Assembly: GCA_964636425.1 (NCBI GenBank)
Contig: CAZWRU010000005.1
Span: 4,982 to 68,981, forward strand
DNA length: 64,000 nucleotides
Direction of reading: 5' to 3'
Origin: an uncultured Candidatus Bathyarchaeia archaeon
GTDB lineage: Archaea; Thermoproteota; Bathyarchaeia; Bathyarchaeales; Bathycorpusculaceae
Within the stretch, counting starts at the first letter, position 1. Each line of letters begins with the position of its first letter. Below, in pieces: positions 50,592 through 61,270 of the stretch. The notes under the pieces were generated by a model. It was not told the DNA's origin. It did not search any database and worked only from the letters and a program-made list of their open reading frames with translations. Both the position numbers and the translations under genes were made by a program.

Positions 50592-52109
50592 ATGCCTTCT
50601 GCAGGGGTATCTCAGATAGGTTGCGGTGTCTTTGGAGCAATAAACTTCAAAAGTGAACCTGTATTTTCATTCGTATACTGGGGTCTACGCGCTCAAAATC
50701 ATAGAGGACACCAATCATATGGTTTTTTAACTTTCCATGAAGACGAATTTCACACTCAAAAAAATCTTGATTTGGTGCCTAAGATTAAGACCAGTGCTCT
50801 ACATGATTGGTTCGTTCAATTACCTGGGAGTGTAGGTATAGCTAATGTTAGATATACCACATCGGGAAAATGTGATGATGCATCAATTGTTAAAGGCACC
50901 CAACCCGTTACGGCGCAAGCAAACGGGATAAAACTAGCAGTCTCATTCAACGGAAATATCGTTAACACCCTCAAGCTTAAACAAGAAATAACTCAACACT
51001 TACCCAACTTTTCTTGCATCTGTGACTCAGATTTGGTCTGTAATAAATTGCTAATTGAACTCAAAGACGGTAAAGATCTTGCCTCAGCGGTTAAAACTGT
51101 CATGCTGAGCTTAGACGGAGCCTTTTCTGTAATCGGAATCACTGGAAACGGAGATTTTTTCGCCTTCAAAGATCCTCATGGAATTAAACCATTATGCGCT
51201 GGGCATAGTCCTGATAACTCAATATTCGCTTTTTCCTCAGAAACTGTCAGCTTGGACATAAATGGATTCGAGCGTGACTTTGAACTAGAAGCAGGCGAAT
51301 TAGTGACTGTTACAAAAGAGGGTTTTAAACGTCAACAACTTATCGAAAATCCACGCAAGGCCTTTTGTGCTTTTGAATGCGCATATTTCGCTCGACCAGA
51401 TTCTATATTCAACGGCAAATATGTTTACGAAATGCGCGAAGAATTTGGTCGTAATATCGTTAAAGAATTTTCAGATATAGCAAAGGATGCAGACATAATC
51501 ATGTCGGTGCCCGAAACCGGCGATGACTCTGCTATGGGCGTACATGAAGCCTCGGGGTTACGTTGGGAACGCGCCAGCCGTCGTCACCGTTATGTAACTG
51601 AAAGGGCTTTCATTTTACTAGACGACGATCGTTACTCAACTATAGATAGGAAAGTTAACATCCTCGGTTCTAAAGTAGAAGGAAAGCGAGTTATAATAAC
51701 GGAAGACAGCATCGTACGAGGCGATACCACCAAGGTTATAATAGAGAAGTTACGGAAGTCGGGAGCTAAAAAAATACATATGTTTGTCACCTTCCCCAGA
51801 ATAATTGCTCCTTGCTTCTATGGAATAGACATGAGTAGTTATGGACAACTTATCGGCTCAACTCATGATGAAAAAGGAATTGCGAAAATAATAGGGGCAG
51901 ATACCGTATGCTATCAATCGATAAAGAATATGGTGAAAGCAATAGGTTGTACCCAAGATGAACTTTGTCTTGGCTGTATAACGGGCAAGTATCCTACCCC
52001 TGTTGCTCAAAAAATTGCTGACGAAATGAAGAAAAAATTCCTTAATGGCTATAAGGAAAATGGCAGAATTTACGAAACAGGCGATTCCTCTCAAAATATT
52101 CAATGGTAA
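50592..52109 (+). CDS. purF: amidophosphoribosyltransferase
   Basis: Ntn nucleophile context IGCGVFGA after a short propeptide. PRPP loop VIITEDSIVRGDT. The track ORF from 50457 adds a hydrophobic artefactual leader. Confidence 0.9.
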   Translation: MPSAGVSQIGCGVFGAINFKSEPVFSFVYWGLRAQNHRGHQSYGFLTFHEDEFHTQKNLDLVPKIKTSALHDWFVQLPGSVGIANVRYTTSGKCDDASIVKGTQPVTAQANGIKLAVSFNGNIVNTLKLKQEITQHLPNFSCICDSDLVCNKLLIELKDGKDLASAVKTVMLSLDGAFSVIGITGNGDFFAFKDPHGIKPLCAGHSPDNSIFAFSSETVSLDINGFERDFELEAGELVTVTKEGFKRQQLIENPRKAFCAFECAYFARPDSIFNGKYVYEMREEFGRNIVKEFSDIAKDADIIMSVPETGDDSAMGVHEASGLRWERASRRHRYVTERAFILLDDDRYSTIDRKVNILGSKVEGKRVIITEDSIVRGDTTKVIIEKLRKSGAKKIHMFVTFPRIIAPCFYGIDMSSYGQLIGSTHDEKGIAKIIGADTVCYQSIKNMVKAIGCTQDELCLGCITGKYPTPVAQKIADEMKKKFLNGYKENGRIYETGDSSQNIQW

Positions 52110-52155
52110 AACCATTTAAGCATTATAGTTATTTTCTAACCTAGGTTGTTTGCTA

Positions 52156-53565
52156 ATGGATAGGACAGGTATACTAGTTGTTTCATATGGCGCACGAGAA
52201 GCTGCTATTGTAGATGTTTTAAGCCGAAGCTCAAACCATAAGGTTAAACTTTTCATAGCTGATAAACAAAGAAACCCCTTCAACGCTGAGAAAGCCACTA
52301 AGCACGTCATAATACCCGATTTAAACGTTGAGCAAATCTGCAAATTTGCTCAAACCAACAAAGATGAAATTGATTTCGTTATCCTAGGCTCAGAAAAACC
52401 AATAATCGATGGAATTCGAGATTTGATCGAAAAAAGCACTGGTATACCCGTTATTTGTCCTAAGCAAAAGTATGCAATAGAAGCTAGTAAAGTTGAACAA
52501 CGACTACTTTTCGAAGAAATTGCCCCCGAAGCTAATCCCCGGTTTAAGGTTTTTGATTCCAAAGATTATTCGAGCGTTGATGATGTTAAAAAAGGGGTTT
52601 ATAAATGGCTTGACGAGTTGAACAACCAAGTTGCTGTAAAACCTGATAAGCCAACTGCAGGTAAAGGCGTGGGAGTTTGGGGCGATCACTTTAGTACCCG
52701 TGAACAACTTTTTGAGCACTTTTTATCAAATTACCAATATAGCTCTGTAATCATTGAGGAGAAAGTAAAAGGAGAAGAATCCAGCTCTATGGCTTTCTGC
52801 GATGGCAAGCATCTGATTGCTCTTCCAGATACCCGCGATTACAAACGTGCCTTTGACGATGACAAAGGACCAAATACGGGGGGCATGGGATCCTACAAGG
52901 ACACTGAAGATTTTCTTCCATTTATGACTTCGAAGGATCGTGAAGCCGAAGTTACCATAACTCAAAAAATTTTCCAAGGATGGAGCAAAAAAATAAATGA
53001 TGATACAGCACTTCGTGGTGTGCCTTTGTACTTGGCTTTCATGCACACGAGTGGGGGACCCAAGATTCTTGAAATCAATAGTCGCCCTGGTGATCCGGAA
53101 AGTATTAACATCTTCCCAATTATCAAGGATGACTTTGTTGATATTTGCTATAAGATGATTGATGGTAACCTTAACCGCGTCGAGGTTGAGACAGTAGCAA
53201 CGGTTCTAACCTATAAAGTTCCACCTACCTATGGGGGGTATGCCGAAGTTTACCCCAATTCAATTAACCTTTCACAAATCCAAACTCCTGTTAATCTTGA
53301 TGCAGCATATGCTTTAACCCATAAATATGGAGATAAAATACGCATATATCCTGGTTCAATGGAGCTTAGAAACGATAGTAATTATGCTCTTAAATCAAGA
53401 GTTGTGGGTGTTCTGGGTATAGGTGACGATATAGAAGCCGCACGTTTAATCAGTCAAGAGGGAGCAAAAGTAATTACAGGTGGAGGCCTTTGGAATCGAA
53501 CTGATATTGCCTCAAAGCAGCATATAGCAAAAAGTATGCAGCATATGAAGCAATTGAGGGCATAA
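52156..53565 (+). CDS. purD: phosphoribosylamine--glycine ligase
   Basis: ATP-grasp enzyme with GPNTGGMGSY and LEINSRPGDPE. The track start is TTG 52150. ATG 52156 lies 9 nt after AGGT. Confidence 0.9.
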   Translation: MDRTGILVVSYGAREAAIVDVLSRSSNHKVKLFIADKQRNPFNAEKATKHVIIPDLNVEQICKFAQTNKDEIDFVILGSEKPIIDGIRDLIEKSTGIPVICPKQKYAIEASKVEQRLLFEEIAPEANPRFKVFDSKDYSSVDDVKKGVYKWLDELNNQVAVKPDKPTAGKGVGVWGDHFSTREQLFEHFLSNYQYSSVIIEEKVKGEESSSMAFCDGKHLIALPDTRDYKRAFDDDKGPNTGGMGSYKDTEDFLPFMTSKDREAEVTITQKIFQGWSKKINDDTALRGVPLYLAFMHTSGGPKILEINSRPGDPESINIFPIIKDDFVDICYKMIDGNLNRVEVETVATVLTYKVPPTYGGYAEVYPNSINLSQIQTPVNLDAAYALTHKYGDKIRIYPGSMELRNDSNYALKSRVVGVLGIGDDIEAARLISQEGAKVITGGGLWNRTDIASKQHIAKSMQHMKQLRA

Positions 53566-53568
53566 ATT

Positions 53569-54651
53569 TTGACGAAAATTTTTATTTCTGACTGTGAGGG
53601 TCCAATAAGTAAAAACGATAATGCATTCGAAATAGTTGCTCATTTTATTCCTAACGGGGACAAACTTTTCACTCTCATAAGTAAATATGACGATGTCCTT
53701 GTGGATGTTATTAAAAAGAAAGATTATTTCGCAGGTGGCACACTCAAACTAGTTTTACCTTTTCTTAAAGCCTATAATGTTACGGACAAGCAAATGCAGG
53801 AATTCTCAAGACAAAATATCCTTCTCGTAACTGACATAAAATATACCCTTTCTCATATTAGAGACTTAACTGATGCCTTCATTGTAAGCACAAGTTATGA
53901 GCACTACATCAAAGCTCTCTGCGAAGTCCTCGAGTTTCCATTTGAAAACACATATTGTACTAGACTCAAACTGGATGACTACACAATCACTTTATCTGAA
54001 TCACAGAGACTGAAAGAACTTGCCCAAGAAATAGCCGCTATGCCTATGATAACTATTCCCGCCGATGCAAAGTCGCTTTCTGATTTTTCGGTCGTCGACC
54101 AGGATACTATTAATCGTCTTGACGAAATCTTCTGGACCGAAATTTCAAGCATGAGTTGCGGAAAAATCTTTTCTGATATAGTAACTATTGGTGGTGAACA
54201 GAAAGCCGAAGCTATTCAATCAATAACTGCAAAACTGCAAATTTCTGTCAAAGAAGTCATGTATGTTGGTGATAGCATTACTGATGTTGAAGCTTTTCAG
54301 CTCGTCAGAAAAAATAACGGTTTAACTGTTTCTTTTAACGGCAACAATTATGCAGTTAAGAATGCAGAAATTGCAGTGCTTTCCGAGAACAGTCTCATTA
54401 CGGCGATGATTGCAGATGTATTTTGTACACACGGTAAAGAGTCGGCATTACAAATTGTTAAAAACTGGAATCGGCGATTCCTAAAACGAAGTATGGTGAA
54501 TCCATTTTTATTAGGTCAACTTTTCGCGTTATACCCCAAGGATTTGCCGAAAGTTCAAATACCTGCGGCATCGAATATGGCAATTATAGTGAAAGAGAGT
54601 ATCGAGTTTAGGAAAAAAGTAAGAGGACAAGCTATAGGGAGATTAGGATAA
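53569..54651 (+). CDS. HAD-like protein of the type annotated EhaR in methanogens (function unknown)
   Basis: 360-aa ORF (TTG start, 3 nt after the purD stop). N-terminal [17 protein letters not shown] (DxE in place of the HAD DxD) and a C-terminal [15 protein letters not shown] motif-IV-like region. The name is from my recollection of the family. Confidence 0.55.
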   Translation: MTKIFISDCEGPISKNDNAFEIVAHFIPNGDKLFTLISKYDDVLVDVIKKKDYFAGGTLKLVLPFLKAYNVTDKQMQEFSRQNILLVTDIKYTLSHIRDLTDAFIVSTSYEHYIKALCEVLEFPFENTYCTRLKLDDYTITLSESQRLKELAQEIAAMPMITIPADAKSLSDFSVVDQDTINRLDEIFWTEISSMSCGKIFSDIVTIGGEQKAEAIQSITAKLQISVKEVMYVGDSITDVEAFQLVRKNNGLTVSFNGNNYAVKNAEIAVLSENSLITAMIADVFCTHGKESALQIVKNWNRRFLKRSMVNPFLLGQLFALYPKDLPKVQIPAASNMAIIVKESIEFRKKVRGQAIGRLG

Positions 54652-54653
54652 AA

Positions 54654-55571
54654 ATGGTTGTAAACTCTAAAATCGAAATTGTAGATACTTATGCTGAAGC
54701 GTTTGAAGGTATTTTCTGTAGAGCTATTATAACTGCAGATGATAAACAGACGTTGCGTAGCGCGGCTTACGATGTCACAGCTACGCCCTCAGCAGTTATC
54801 GGAAGAATTGAAGGTGGCATAGAAAAATGGTTAAGCGAAAAAGAAACGCCTGACAAACGTAAAGGCGCTCTTGTCCAATGGTGGATGGGCGTAAAAGCTA
54901 ACAAACCATTATCAGATCAACTTACAAAGTTTGAAGCAGAACTATCCTTCCGAATACGCCAAGATGTACTCGTTAAACCCTTCACCGCGATATTTGATGC
55001 TCTGTCTAATCCTGAAGGCAAATTCGATATGATGGAACGTGTCGGTCACTGCGGCGACGGTTATGAATGGGTCGAAAAACGCTACGGCCGAGAAATAATA
55101 GTTGTACCTCTTATGACCCCAGATTTCATTATCGAACGCTACTTAGGCTACAGTCATGGTATAAGCGGAGCAAACTTTTGGATTTTATGTAAAACTAAAG
55201 AAGCTGTTCTTGAGGCAGGTCAAAAAGCTCTTGATGCAGTTCAAACTGTGCCTGGGGCAATCACAACCTTTGACATATGCTCTGCTGGATCTAAACCTGA
55301 AACTAAATATCCTCTCATTGGGCCAACTACTAATCATGAATGGTGCCCTTCTTTAAAACGTGCACTGGGCAAAGACTCAAAGGTGCCTGAAGGAGTAGGC
55401 TACATTCCTGAGCTAGTGATTAGTGCGATTAATATGGATGCGGCAAAAGCTGCCATGAAAGCAGGTATTGAAGCGGCGATGAGCGTCAAAGACGTAGTTT
55501 CAATATCCGCAGGAAACTATGATGGTAAATTGGGAAAATACAAAATATTTCTACGCGAGCTGTTTCCATGA
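54654..55571 (+). CDS. formylmethanofuran:tetrahydromethanopterin formyltransferase (Ftr) family paralogue
   Basis: 305-aa ORF. Aligns by eye end-to-end with Ftr: [49 protein letters not shown]. Confidence 0.8.
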   Translation: MVVNSKIEIVDTYAEAFEGIFCRAIITADDKQTLRSAAYDVTATPSAVIGRIEGGIEKWLSEKETPDKRKGALVQWWMGVKANKPLSDQLTKFEAELSFRIRQDVLVKPFTAIFDALSNPEGKFDMMERVGHCGDGYEWVEKRYGREIIVVPLMTPDFIIERYLGYSHGISGANFWILCKTKEAVLEAGQKALDAVQTVPGAITTFDICSAGSKPETKYPLIGPTTNHEWCPSLKRALGKDSKVPEGVGYIPELVISAINMDAAKAAMKAGIEAAMSVKDVVSISAGNYDGKLGKYKIFLRELFP

Positions 55572-56482
55572 AACGCTTCGGCGTCGTAGGCTTCGGCGCG
55601 CTCAATGTAGATAAACTCTTCAAAGTCGACCGGTTGGCTCATGCTGAAGAAGAAAGTTTTGTAATCAGCGAAGAAGAGATTTGCGGTGGTTCAGCAGCAA
55701 ACACAATAGTTGGTTTAGCACGTTTAGGGGGTGCCGTCGGATTTATCGGAAAAATCGCTATGGACCGCGAAGGTGAACTGCATCTGGCAGACTTTAGAAA
55801 AGAACATGTCGACACTAACGGTATCATTCAATCCCGGGAAGGTCACAGCGGCAACGTCATGGGCTTCGTAGACACAAAAGGCGCTCGTGCGTTATACATC
55901 CAATCTGGAATCAACGATACCATAACCCTCCAAGAAGTAAACTTGCAGTATATTTCTCAAGCACAGTTTCTGCACCTATCTTCGTTTGTCGGTGAACTAT
56001 CTTTTGAGACCCAAAAGAAAATCGTCCAAACCTTACCTGCCAATGTTAAGGTAAGCTTTGATCCTGGTTTTCTTTATATACGAAAAGGTCTATCTCAGCT
56101 TGAATCCATAATAAAAAAGAGCCATGTTATGCTGCCCAATAGCATTGAATTAGAACTATTAACTGGCAAACAAGAGCCCGCGGAAGGCGCGGCTTTTCTC
56201 ATAAATAAAGGCGTTAAAATAGTGGCTGTAAAGATGGGTGCTGACGGCTGTTATGTTACTAATGGCAAAGAATCGCATAGTGTTGAACCATTTAAAGTTA
56301 AAGTCGTCGATACAACAGGTGCTGGTGATGCATTCTGTGCTGGTTTCCTCTATGGGTTATTAAATAAAAAGAACCTAAAAGAGTGCGGGAGAATAGGGAA
56401 CTTTGTCGGTTCAAGGTGCGTTATGAAAATGGGGGCACGGCCTGGTCTGCCGTACGCTAAAGATTTAGAGCTTCTTGGTTAA
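55568..56482 (+). CDS. PfkB-family (ribokinase-like) carbohydrate/nucleoside kinase
   Basis: 304-aa ORF. GGSAANT and [13 protein letters not shown] motifs. ATGA overlap with the Ftr-like gene. Confidence 0.85.
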   Translation: MKRFGVVGFGALNVDKLFKVDRLAHAEEESFVISEEEICGGSAANTIVGLARLGGAVGFIGKIAMDREGELHLADFRKEHVDTNGIIQSREGHSGNVMGFVDTKGARALYIQSGINDTITLQEVNLQYISQAQFLHLSSFVGELSFETQKKIVQTLPANVKVSFDPGFLYIRKGLSQLESIIKKSHVMLPNSIELELLTGKQEPAEGAAFLINKGVKIVAVKMGADGCYVTNGKESHSVEPFKVKVVDTTGAGDAFCAGFLYGLLNKKNLKECGRIGNFVGSRCVMKMGARPGLPYAKDLELLG

Positions 56483-57295
56483 CTTTTCAAGTAGGCTGTC
56501 AAAAATCAGTTTGCCGTCCCCATACTGGGACATATTTTGCTGGCTGGTCCAGTTGGGTTGTTGCCACCAATAATATGCGCGTTCGGGGTGAGGCATTAAG
56601 CCAAATATGTTTCCCTCCTCGTTGCATATACCTGCTATGTCATGGAAGCTGCCGTTCGGGTTTGTCGGGTATTGCCCTTGAGCGTAATTGCCATTTTGGT
56701 CGCAATAACGAAAGACTACCATGTCGTTTTCGTAGAGTTTTTCAAGCAGCTTTTCCTCTTTTTCCTTGGGAAAGAGAAATCGGCCTTCACCGTGTGCAAT
56801 GGGCATTTGTAGGACTTTGCCTTTGGGGATTTTGCTTGTAAATGCGCATTTTCCTCTGTTGTCGTTTCTCAGATAAATCCAGCGGCATTTGTATCCCTGA
56901 CTGTTTGAAGCCAAAGCTGCTTGAGGATATCCGCTGTGGCCGTCAAAACCGGGAAGTAATCCTTCTTCGACTAGAACTTGGAAGCCGTTGCATATCCCCA
57001 GTACAGATCGATTATCATCGATAAAGGCACGTAGTTCTTTGCCGAGTTTAGCTGAAATTAGTCGTGCTAGAATCACTCCTGACCGAACATAATCGCCAAA
57101 TGAGAAACCACCTGGGAAGACCAATACATGATAGTCAAGAAGATTCTTTTGTTTGACAACTTCATTTAGGTGGAGAATATGTGTTTTTAGTCCTAACTCC
57201 TGAAAAGCGCGTGCAGTTTCAGCGTCACAATTTGTTCCGCCTACCCGCATAACCAGTACACGTACATCTTTTAGCTTCATTTTTTTACGCTCCAC
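56465..57295 (-). CDS. purQ: FGAM synthase, glutaminase subunit
   Basis: 276-aa ORF. Nucleophile GICNGFQVL, and MPHPER. Confidence 0.9.
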   Translation of the reverse strand: MERKKMKLKDVRVLVMRVGGTNCDAETARAFQELGLKTHILHLNEVVKQKNLLDYHVLVFPGGFSFGDYVRSGVILARLISAKLGKELRAFIDDNRSVLGICNGFQVLVEEGLLPGFDGHSGYPQAALASNSQGYKCRWIYLRNDNRGKCAFTSKIPKGKVLQMPIAHGEGRFLFPKEKEEKLLEKLYENDMVVFRYCDQNGNYAQGQYPTNPNGSFHDIAGICNEEGNIFGLMPHPERAYYWWQQPNWTSQQNMSQYGDGKLIFDSLLEKLTKKL

Positions 57296-59666
57296 GGCTT
57301 AAGGTTAGTTTCCAGCTTGTACGTAAATCTACAACCGGCGCATTCACCACTACCCCTGCTCCTTTTAGCCCTTTGATGATTAAACTGGGATTTTTGGTGA
57401 CTTTGCCGATTTCAGCGTAGCTTTTACCCTTCATTATCCTCTCGAAGATTTCTTTGTCTTTTTTGGCTACTTCTACGAGGAAACGGCTGTTTGATTCTGA
57501 GAATAACGCGAAATCGTTTCGTTCAACATCTTTTACTGGTATCTTCTTTAAATCAAGTTCCATGCCTAAGTTGCTGGCTAAAGCCATTTCTGCTGCCGCA
57601 ACGCCTAAACCGCCTTCAGAGAGGTCATGAGCGGCTCTTATCACGCCTTCACCTATTACTTTAGTGAATGCATAGTAGGTTTTTCTAGCTTTCCGCGCGT
57701 TTAGTTTTGGAACAGAATTGCCCAGGTATCCTTTTAGTTTGTAATACTCTGAGCCTCCTAATTCATTGTAAGTGTCGCCAATGATGTAAATGAGATTTCC
57801 AGGTGCTTTGGTGTCCATTGATACTGCTGAGCGTATGTCGGGAACTATGCCGACAGCTGTAATTAGCAGCGTCGGAGTTACTGGGCCTAAAGGTGATTCA
57901 TTATAGAGACTGTCTTTTCCTGAAATGAATGGCGTCTTAAAAGTAGTAGCAATATCGTAACAGGCTTCACAAGCTTTAACCAATGAACCGAGTCGTTCTG
58001 GTTTTTCTGGATTACCCCATACGAAGTTATCCAATATGGCTATTCGTCTTCCACCTACAGCGAGGTTGTTTCTTATGGCTTCGTCTATAGCGGAGGCTGC
58101 CATCCAATAAGCGTCGATTTTTCCGTAATTAGGATTCATGCCGCAAGAGATAGCTATGCCCTTCCATGAATTGTCTAACGGCTTTAAAATTGCAGCGTCA
58201 TTTGGTCCTGCATATTCTCCGTGGAACGGCTTAAGGGTCGTGTTACCTTTAACTTCATGGTCATAAGTACGAACAACGCTTTCTTTGCTTGCAATGTTCG
58301 GAGCGGAAAGAAGTTGAAGTAACATTTCAGTAAGGTTTTTCGGTTCGGCAAATTTGGGCTCTTCAATTTTTTGGGCTTCAATTTTCGCGGTTTTAGTTAC
58401 TTCGGTTGTTGTAAATAGAAACTGCATATCTAATTCTGCTACTATTACGCCTTCATAGCATAATCTTAGAATCCTCTCTTTGGTTAGTTGTCCTATAGCA
58501 TTAGCTTCAACATCTTCGGTTTCAAAAATCTCTAAAACCTTCTGTAGGTTCTCAGGTGGAACAGTTAAAAACATCCTCTCTTGAGATTCAGAAACGTAAA
58601 TCTCCCAGGGCGCAAGTCCGGTATATTTGAGAGGTACCTTGTCTAAATTTACTGTGACTCCGCAATCATATCTGTCAGCTGTTTCACCTACTGCCGATGA
58701 AAGGCCTCCCCCTCCTATGTCCGTTGTTGCTGAACCCAGTTCAAGGTCACGTATTTTCATCATTGCGCGGGTGACCTTTTCTTCTTCGATTGGATCGGCG
58801 ATTTGGACTGCTGGTCGGCTTACTTCTTCGGATTTCTCAGTGAGCTCTGCTGAAGCGAAGGTGACGCCGTGAATGCCATCGCGTCCTGTTTTTCCGCCTG
58901 CTAAAACGATATAGTGCCCCGCTTTTGCTTCTTTTTTGTATTTCTTTAGGGGTAGAAGTCCAATGCAGCCGCAATATACAACGACGTTACCTGTGTAGGA
59001 TTCGTCAAAGTATATTGCGCCGTTTACTGTTGGGATTCCCATGTTGTTGCCGTATGTGGCGATACCTGCAGTGACACCCATGTAAATGTATTTGGGGTGT
59101 TTCATTCCAGCTGGCAACTTGGTGTAATCAAAATTTAGCGGACCAAACCCTAGTACGTCTGTGCAGGCGATAGGATCTGCCCAGACACCTAATATGTCGC
59201 GTATGACTCCTCCTACACCTGTTGCTGCGCCGCCGAAGGGTTCAACGGCGGAGGGGTGATTGTGGGTTTCAACTTTGGCTGCTATTGCATAGCCCTTATC
59301 GAAGTCTATAATGCCAGCGTTATCTTCAAAGACGCTGATGCACCATTTGGAGTTGATTTCTTTAGTGGCTTTTGATATGTAGGTTTTAAAGAGGCTGTTA
59401 ACTTCTTTGCCGTCTTCCATTAGGATTTTTCCTTTGAAGGTTTTATGGCAGCAGTGTTCGCTCCAAGTTTGCCCTAAAATCTGTAATTCAACGTCTGTAG
59501 GGTTGCGGTTTTGGGTCTTGAAATATTTTTGAATTTGCTTCATTTCCGCAAGGTTCAATCCTAACCCTAGCTCATCGCTGATTTTCAGCAACTGTTTATC
59601 CGTGGCAATTGCCAAGTTGGCTTGATGCATAGTGAAAGATGTGTTAGAGTGGATGTAGAGGCTCAT
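57285..59666 (-). CDS. purL: FGAM synthase subunit II
   Basis: 793-aa ORF. ETHNHPSAVEPFGGAATGVGGVIRD and the duplicated PurM-like architecture. Confidence 0.95.
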   Translation of the reverse strand: MSLYIHSNTSFTMHQANLAIATDKQLLKISDELGLGLNLAEMKQIQKYFKTQNRNPTDVELQILGQTWSEHCCHKTFKGKILMEDGKEVNSLFKTYISKATKEINSKWCISVFEDNAGIIDFDKGYAIAAKVETHNHPSAVEPFGGAATGVGGVIRDILGVWADPIACTDVLGFGPLNFDYTKLPAGMKHPKYIYMGVTAGIATYGNNMGIPTVNGAIYFDESYTGNVVVYCGCIGLLPLKKYKKEAKAGHYIVLAGGKTGRDGIHGVTFASAELTEKSEEVSRPAVQIADPIEEEKVTRAMMKIRDLELGSATTDIGGGGLSSAVGETADRYDCGVTVNLDKVPLKYTGLAPWEIYVSESQERMFLTVPPENLQKVLEIFETEDVEANAIGQLTKERILRLCYEGVIVAELDMQFLFTTTEVTKTAKIEAQKIEEPKFAEPKNLTEMLLQLLSAPNIASKESVVRTYDHEVKGNTTLKPFHGEYAGPNDAAILKPLDNSWKGIAISCGMNPNYGKIDAYWMAASAIDEAIRNNLAVGGRRIAILDNFVWGNPEKPERLGSLVKACEACYDIATTFKTPFISGKDSLYNESPLGPVTPTLLITAVGIVPDIRSAVSMDTKAPGNLIYIIGDTYNELGGSEYYKLKGYLGNSVPKLNARKARKTYYAFTKVIGEGVIRAAHDLSEGGLGVAAAEMALASNLGMELDLKKIPVKDVERNDFALFSESNSRFLVEVAKKDKEIFERIMKGKSYAEIGKVTKNPSLIIKGLKGAGVVVNAPVVDLRTSWKLTLSRGA

Positions 59667-59914
59667 TTTTGCTCCTCAACGCTTATGCTATAATTGTCTT
59701 TAGTTGGATTTGCGAGAAGCCGTTTAGCCATCTCTTCAGCTTTCGCTTTTGCCTCTTGGATACTTGACGCTTCAATTTGAACATCGTAACTTTTGCTGAC
59801 GTTTACTGCGCTTACTTTGTAGCCGAGTTCTTTTAAAAGACGTTGAGTGGTGTTACCTTCAGGGTCAGTATGACCAGGTTTTAGGCTGACTTCAATTTTA
59901 GCGCGGTATATCAT
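59663..59914 (-). CDS. purS: FGAM synthase subunit PurS
   Basis: 83-aa ORF. VSLKPGHTDPEG... Overlaps the purL start by 4 nt. Confidence 0.85.
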   Translation of the reverse strand: MIYRAKIEVSLKPGHTDPEGNTTQRLLKELGYKVSAVNVSKSYDVQIEASSIQEAKAKAEEMAKRLLANPTKDNYSISVEEQK

Positions 59915-59970
59915 AGCTAATTGTTAAGCGGTCAAGGTTTAAACTCTTTTGCAATTAGTTTGATGAGTTT

Positions 59971-61050
59971 CTATGCTAATTTTAACTTTTTATTTTGATG
60001 TTTGATTGATACTTGAGGCATGCTTGTGATTTTTCCGATTTGTTCTGGCTCAGCTCCACTTTTTTCTAAGATATCTAGTGTTTTGTCTGTGTCTGTTTTA
60101 TCTACGATTATTCCAAAGCCCCAACCCATGTTAAAAGTCGTGAACATCTCTTCATCTGTTATTGTGTAGCCCAACTCAGTGGCTGTTTTTTGCATTAACT
60201 CAAAGATGGGTTGAGGCTTAAAGTTGTCAAATTGGAAGCCTATACCTTTGGAAAATCTGGTGAGGTTGTTGAATTTTGTATAAGCGTCTCCTGTTATGTG
60301 GACTGCCGCCTTAATTTTGACTGCTTTGGCTACTTTGAGGAATTCTTTGACGTAGATTTTAGTCGGTTTTAACATTTCGCTTACGATATTGCAGTCTAGT
60401 TCTTTTGGGGTATCTTTAGGGTTATATTTTCCACCCCATTCTTTAAGCATGATTTTGCGAGCGAGAGTTATACCGTTGCTATGTAATCCGCTGCTGGGTA
60501 AGCCAATTATGGGGTCATCGGTTTTGATGTCGCATCCTGTGATTATATGTTCTTTATCAACTTGACCTATTGCGGCGACTATCATGTCAAAACCTGCACC
60601 TTCAGATATACCGTTTATAATTTCAGCTACATCGCCGATTTCACCACTAACCACGGGGCACTCAGATTGTTTTGCACCTTCTACTATGCCCGCGAGCCAT
60701 TCTTTGACAAGTTGAGGATTGCTGGCTTGCGCATGAATATTATCTGAGATAGCCAATGGTGTGGCGCCCGAGCGAATTACATCGTTAACTGCCATGGCGA
60801 CAGCGTCTACACCGATGGTGTCATATTTTCCTGATAATTCTGCAAGGAGAACTTTTGTTCCGACACCTTCGATAGTTAAGTCTAGGTAGGAATCTTTTGA
60901 GAATTGGAAGATATTACTATATGGTAGGTGTATGACGGGTCCAAAGCGGCTATACTGGTAGGTCTCTTTTAGCATATCCAGTGCTTTTTTAGATTCGTGA
61001 CGCTGTTTTCGGTTAACACCTGCATCAGTATAAGTGAAGTTTTTTGGCAC
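59971..61050 (-). CDS. purM: AIR synthetase (FGAM cyclo-ligase)
   Basis: 359-aa ORF. EGVGTKV, VNDVIRSGA, and HITGD. Confidence 0.9.
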   Translation of the reverse strand: MPKNFTYTDAGVNRKQRHESKKALDMLKETYQYSRFGPVIHLPYSNIFQFSKDSYLDLTIEGVGTKVLLAELSGKYDTIGVDAVAMAVNDVIRSGATPLAISDNIHAQASNPQLVKEWLAGIVEGAKQSECPVVSGEIGDVAEIINGISEGAGFDMIVAAIGQVDKEHIITGCDIKTDDPIIGLPSSGLHSNGITLARKIMLKEWGGKYNPKDTPKELDCNIVSEMLKPTKIYVKEFLKVAKAVKIKAAVHITGDAYTKFNNLTRFSKGIGFQFDNFKPQPIFELMQKTATELGYTITDEEMFTTFNMGWGFGIIVDKTDTDKTLDILEKSGAEPEQIGKITSMPQVSIKHQNKKLKLA

Positions 61051-61270
61051 AGATACTTTTCTCCTTGCAAGCTAATTGTGTGGATTGGTCTCTGATAACG
61101 ATTTTGTTTCCTATCCCCTTTACACAGCAGATTGCAGATTTTTTGCTTTTTTCGTGTATGCTTCTGTATACGGTTTTGATTTATTCATGTTAGTTTTTGG
61201 ATATGATGATTTTTTGCTTGATGTTTCATTTTCTCTTCCTCATATTGAGTTGCGGTAAAGCCTTGTACGT

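Noticed and set aside
61137-61219. 12-nt direct repeat GATTTTTTGCTT, found twice (61137-61148 and 61208-61219) in the purM / TIR-like divergent promoter region
   Set aside because: It is a T-rich, low-complexity sequence in an AT-rich intergenic region. Two copies could easily arise by chance, and there is no palindromic or phased structure.
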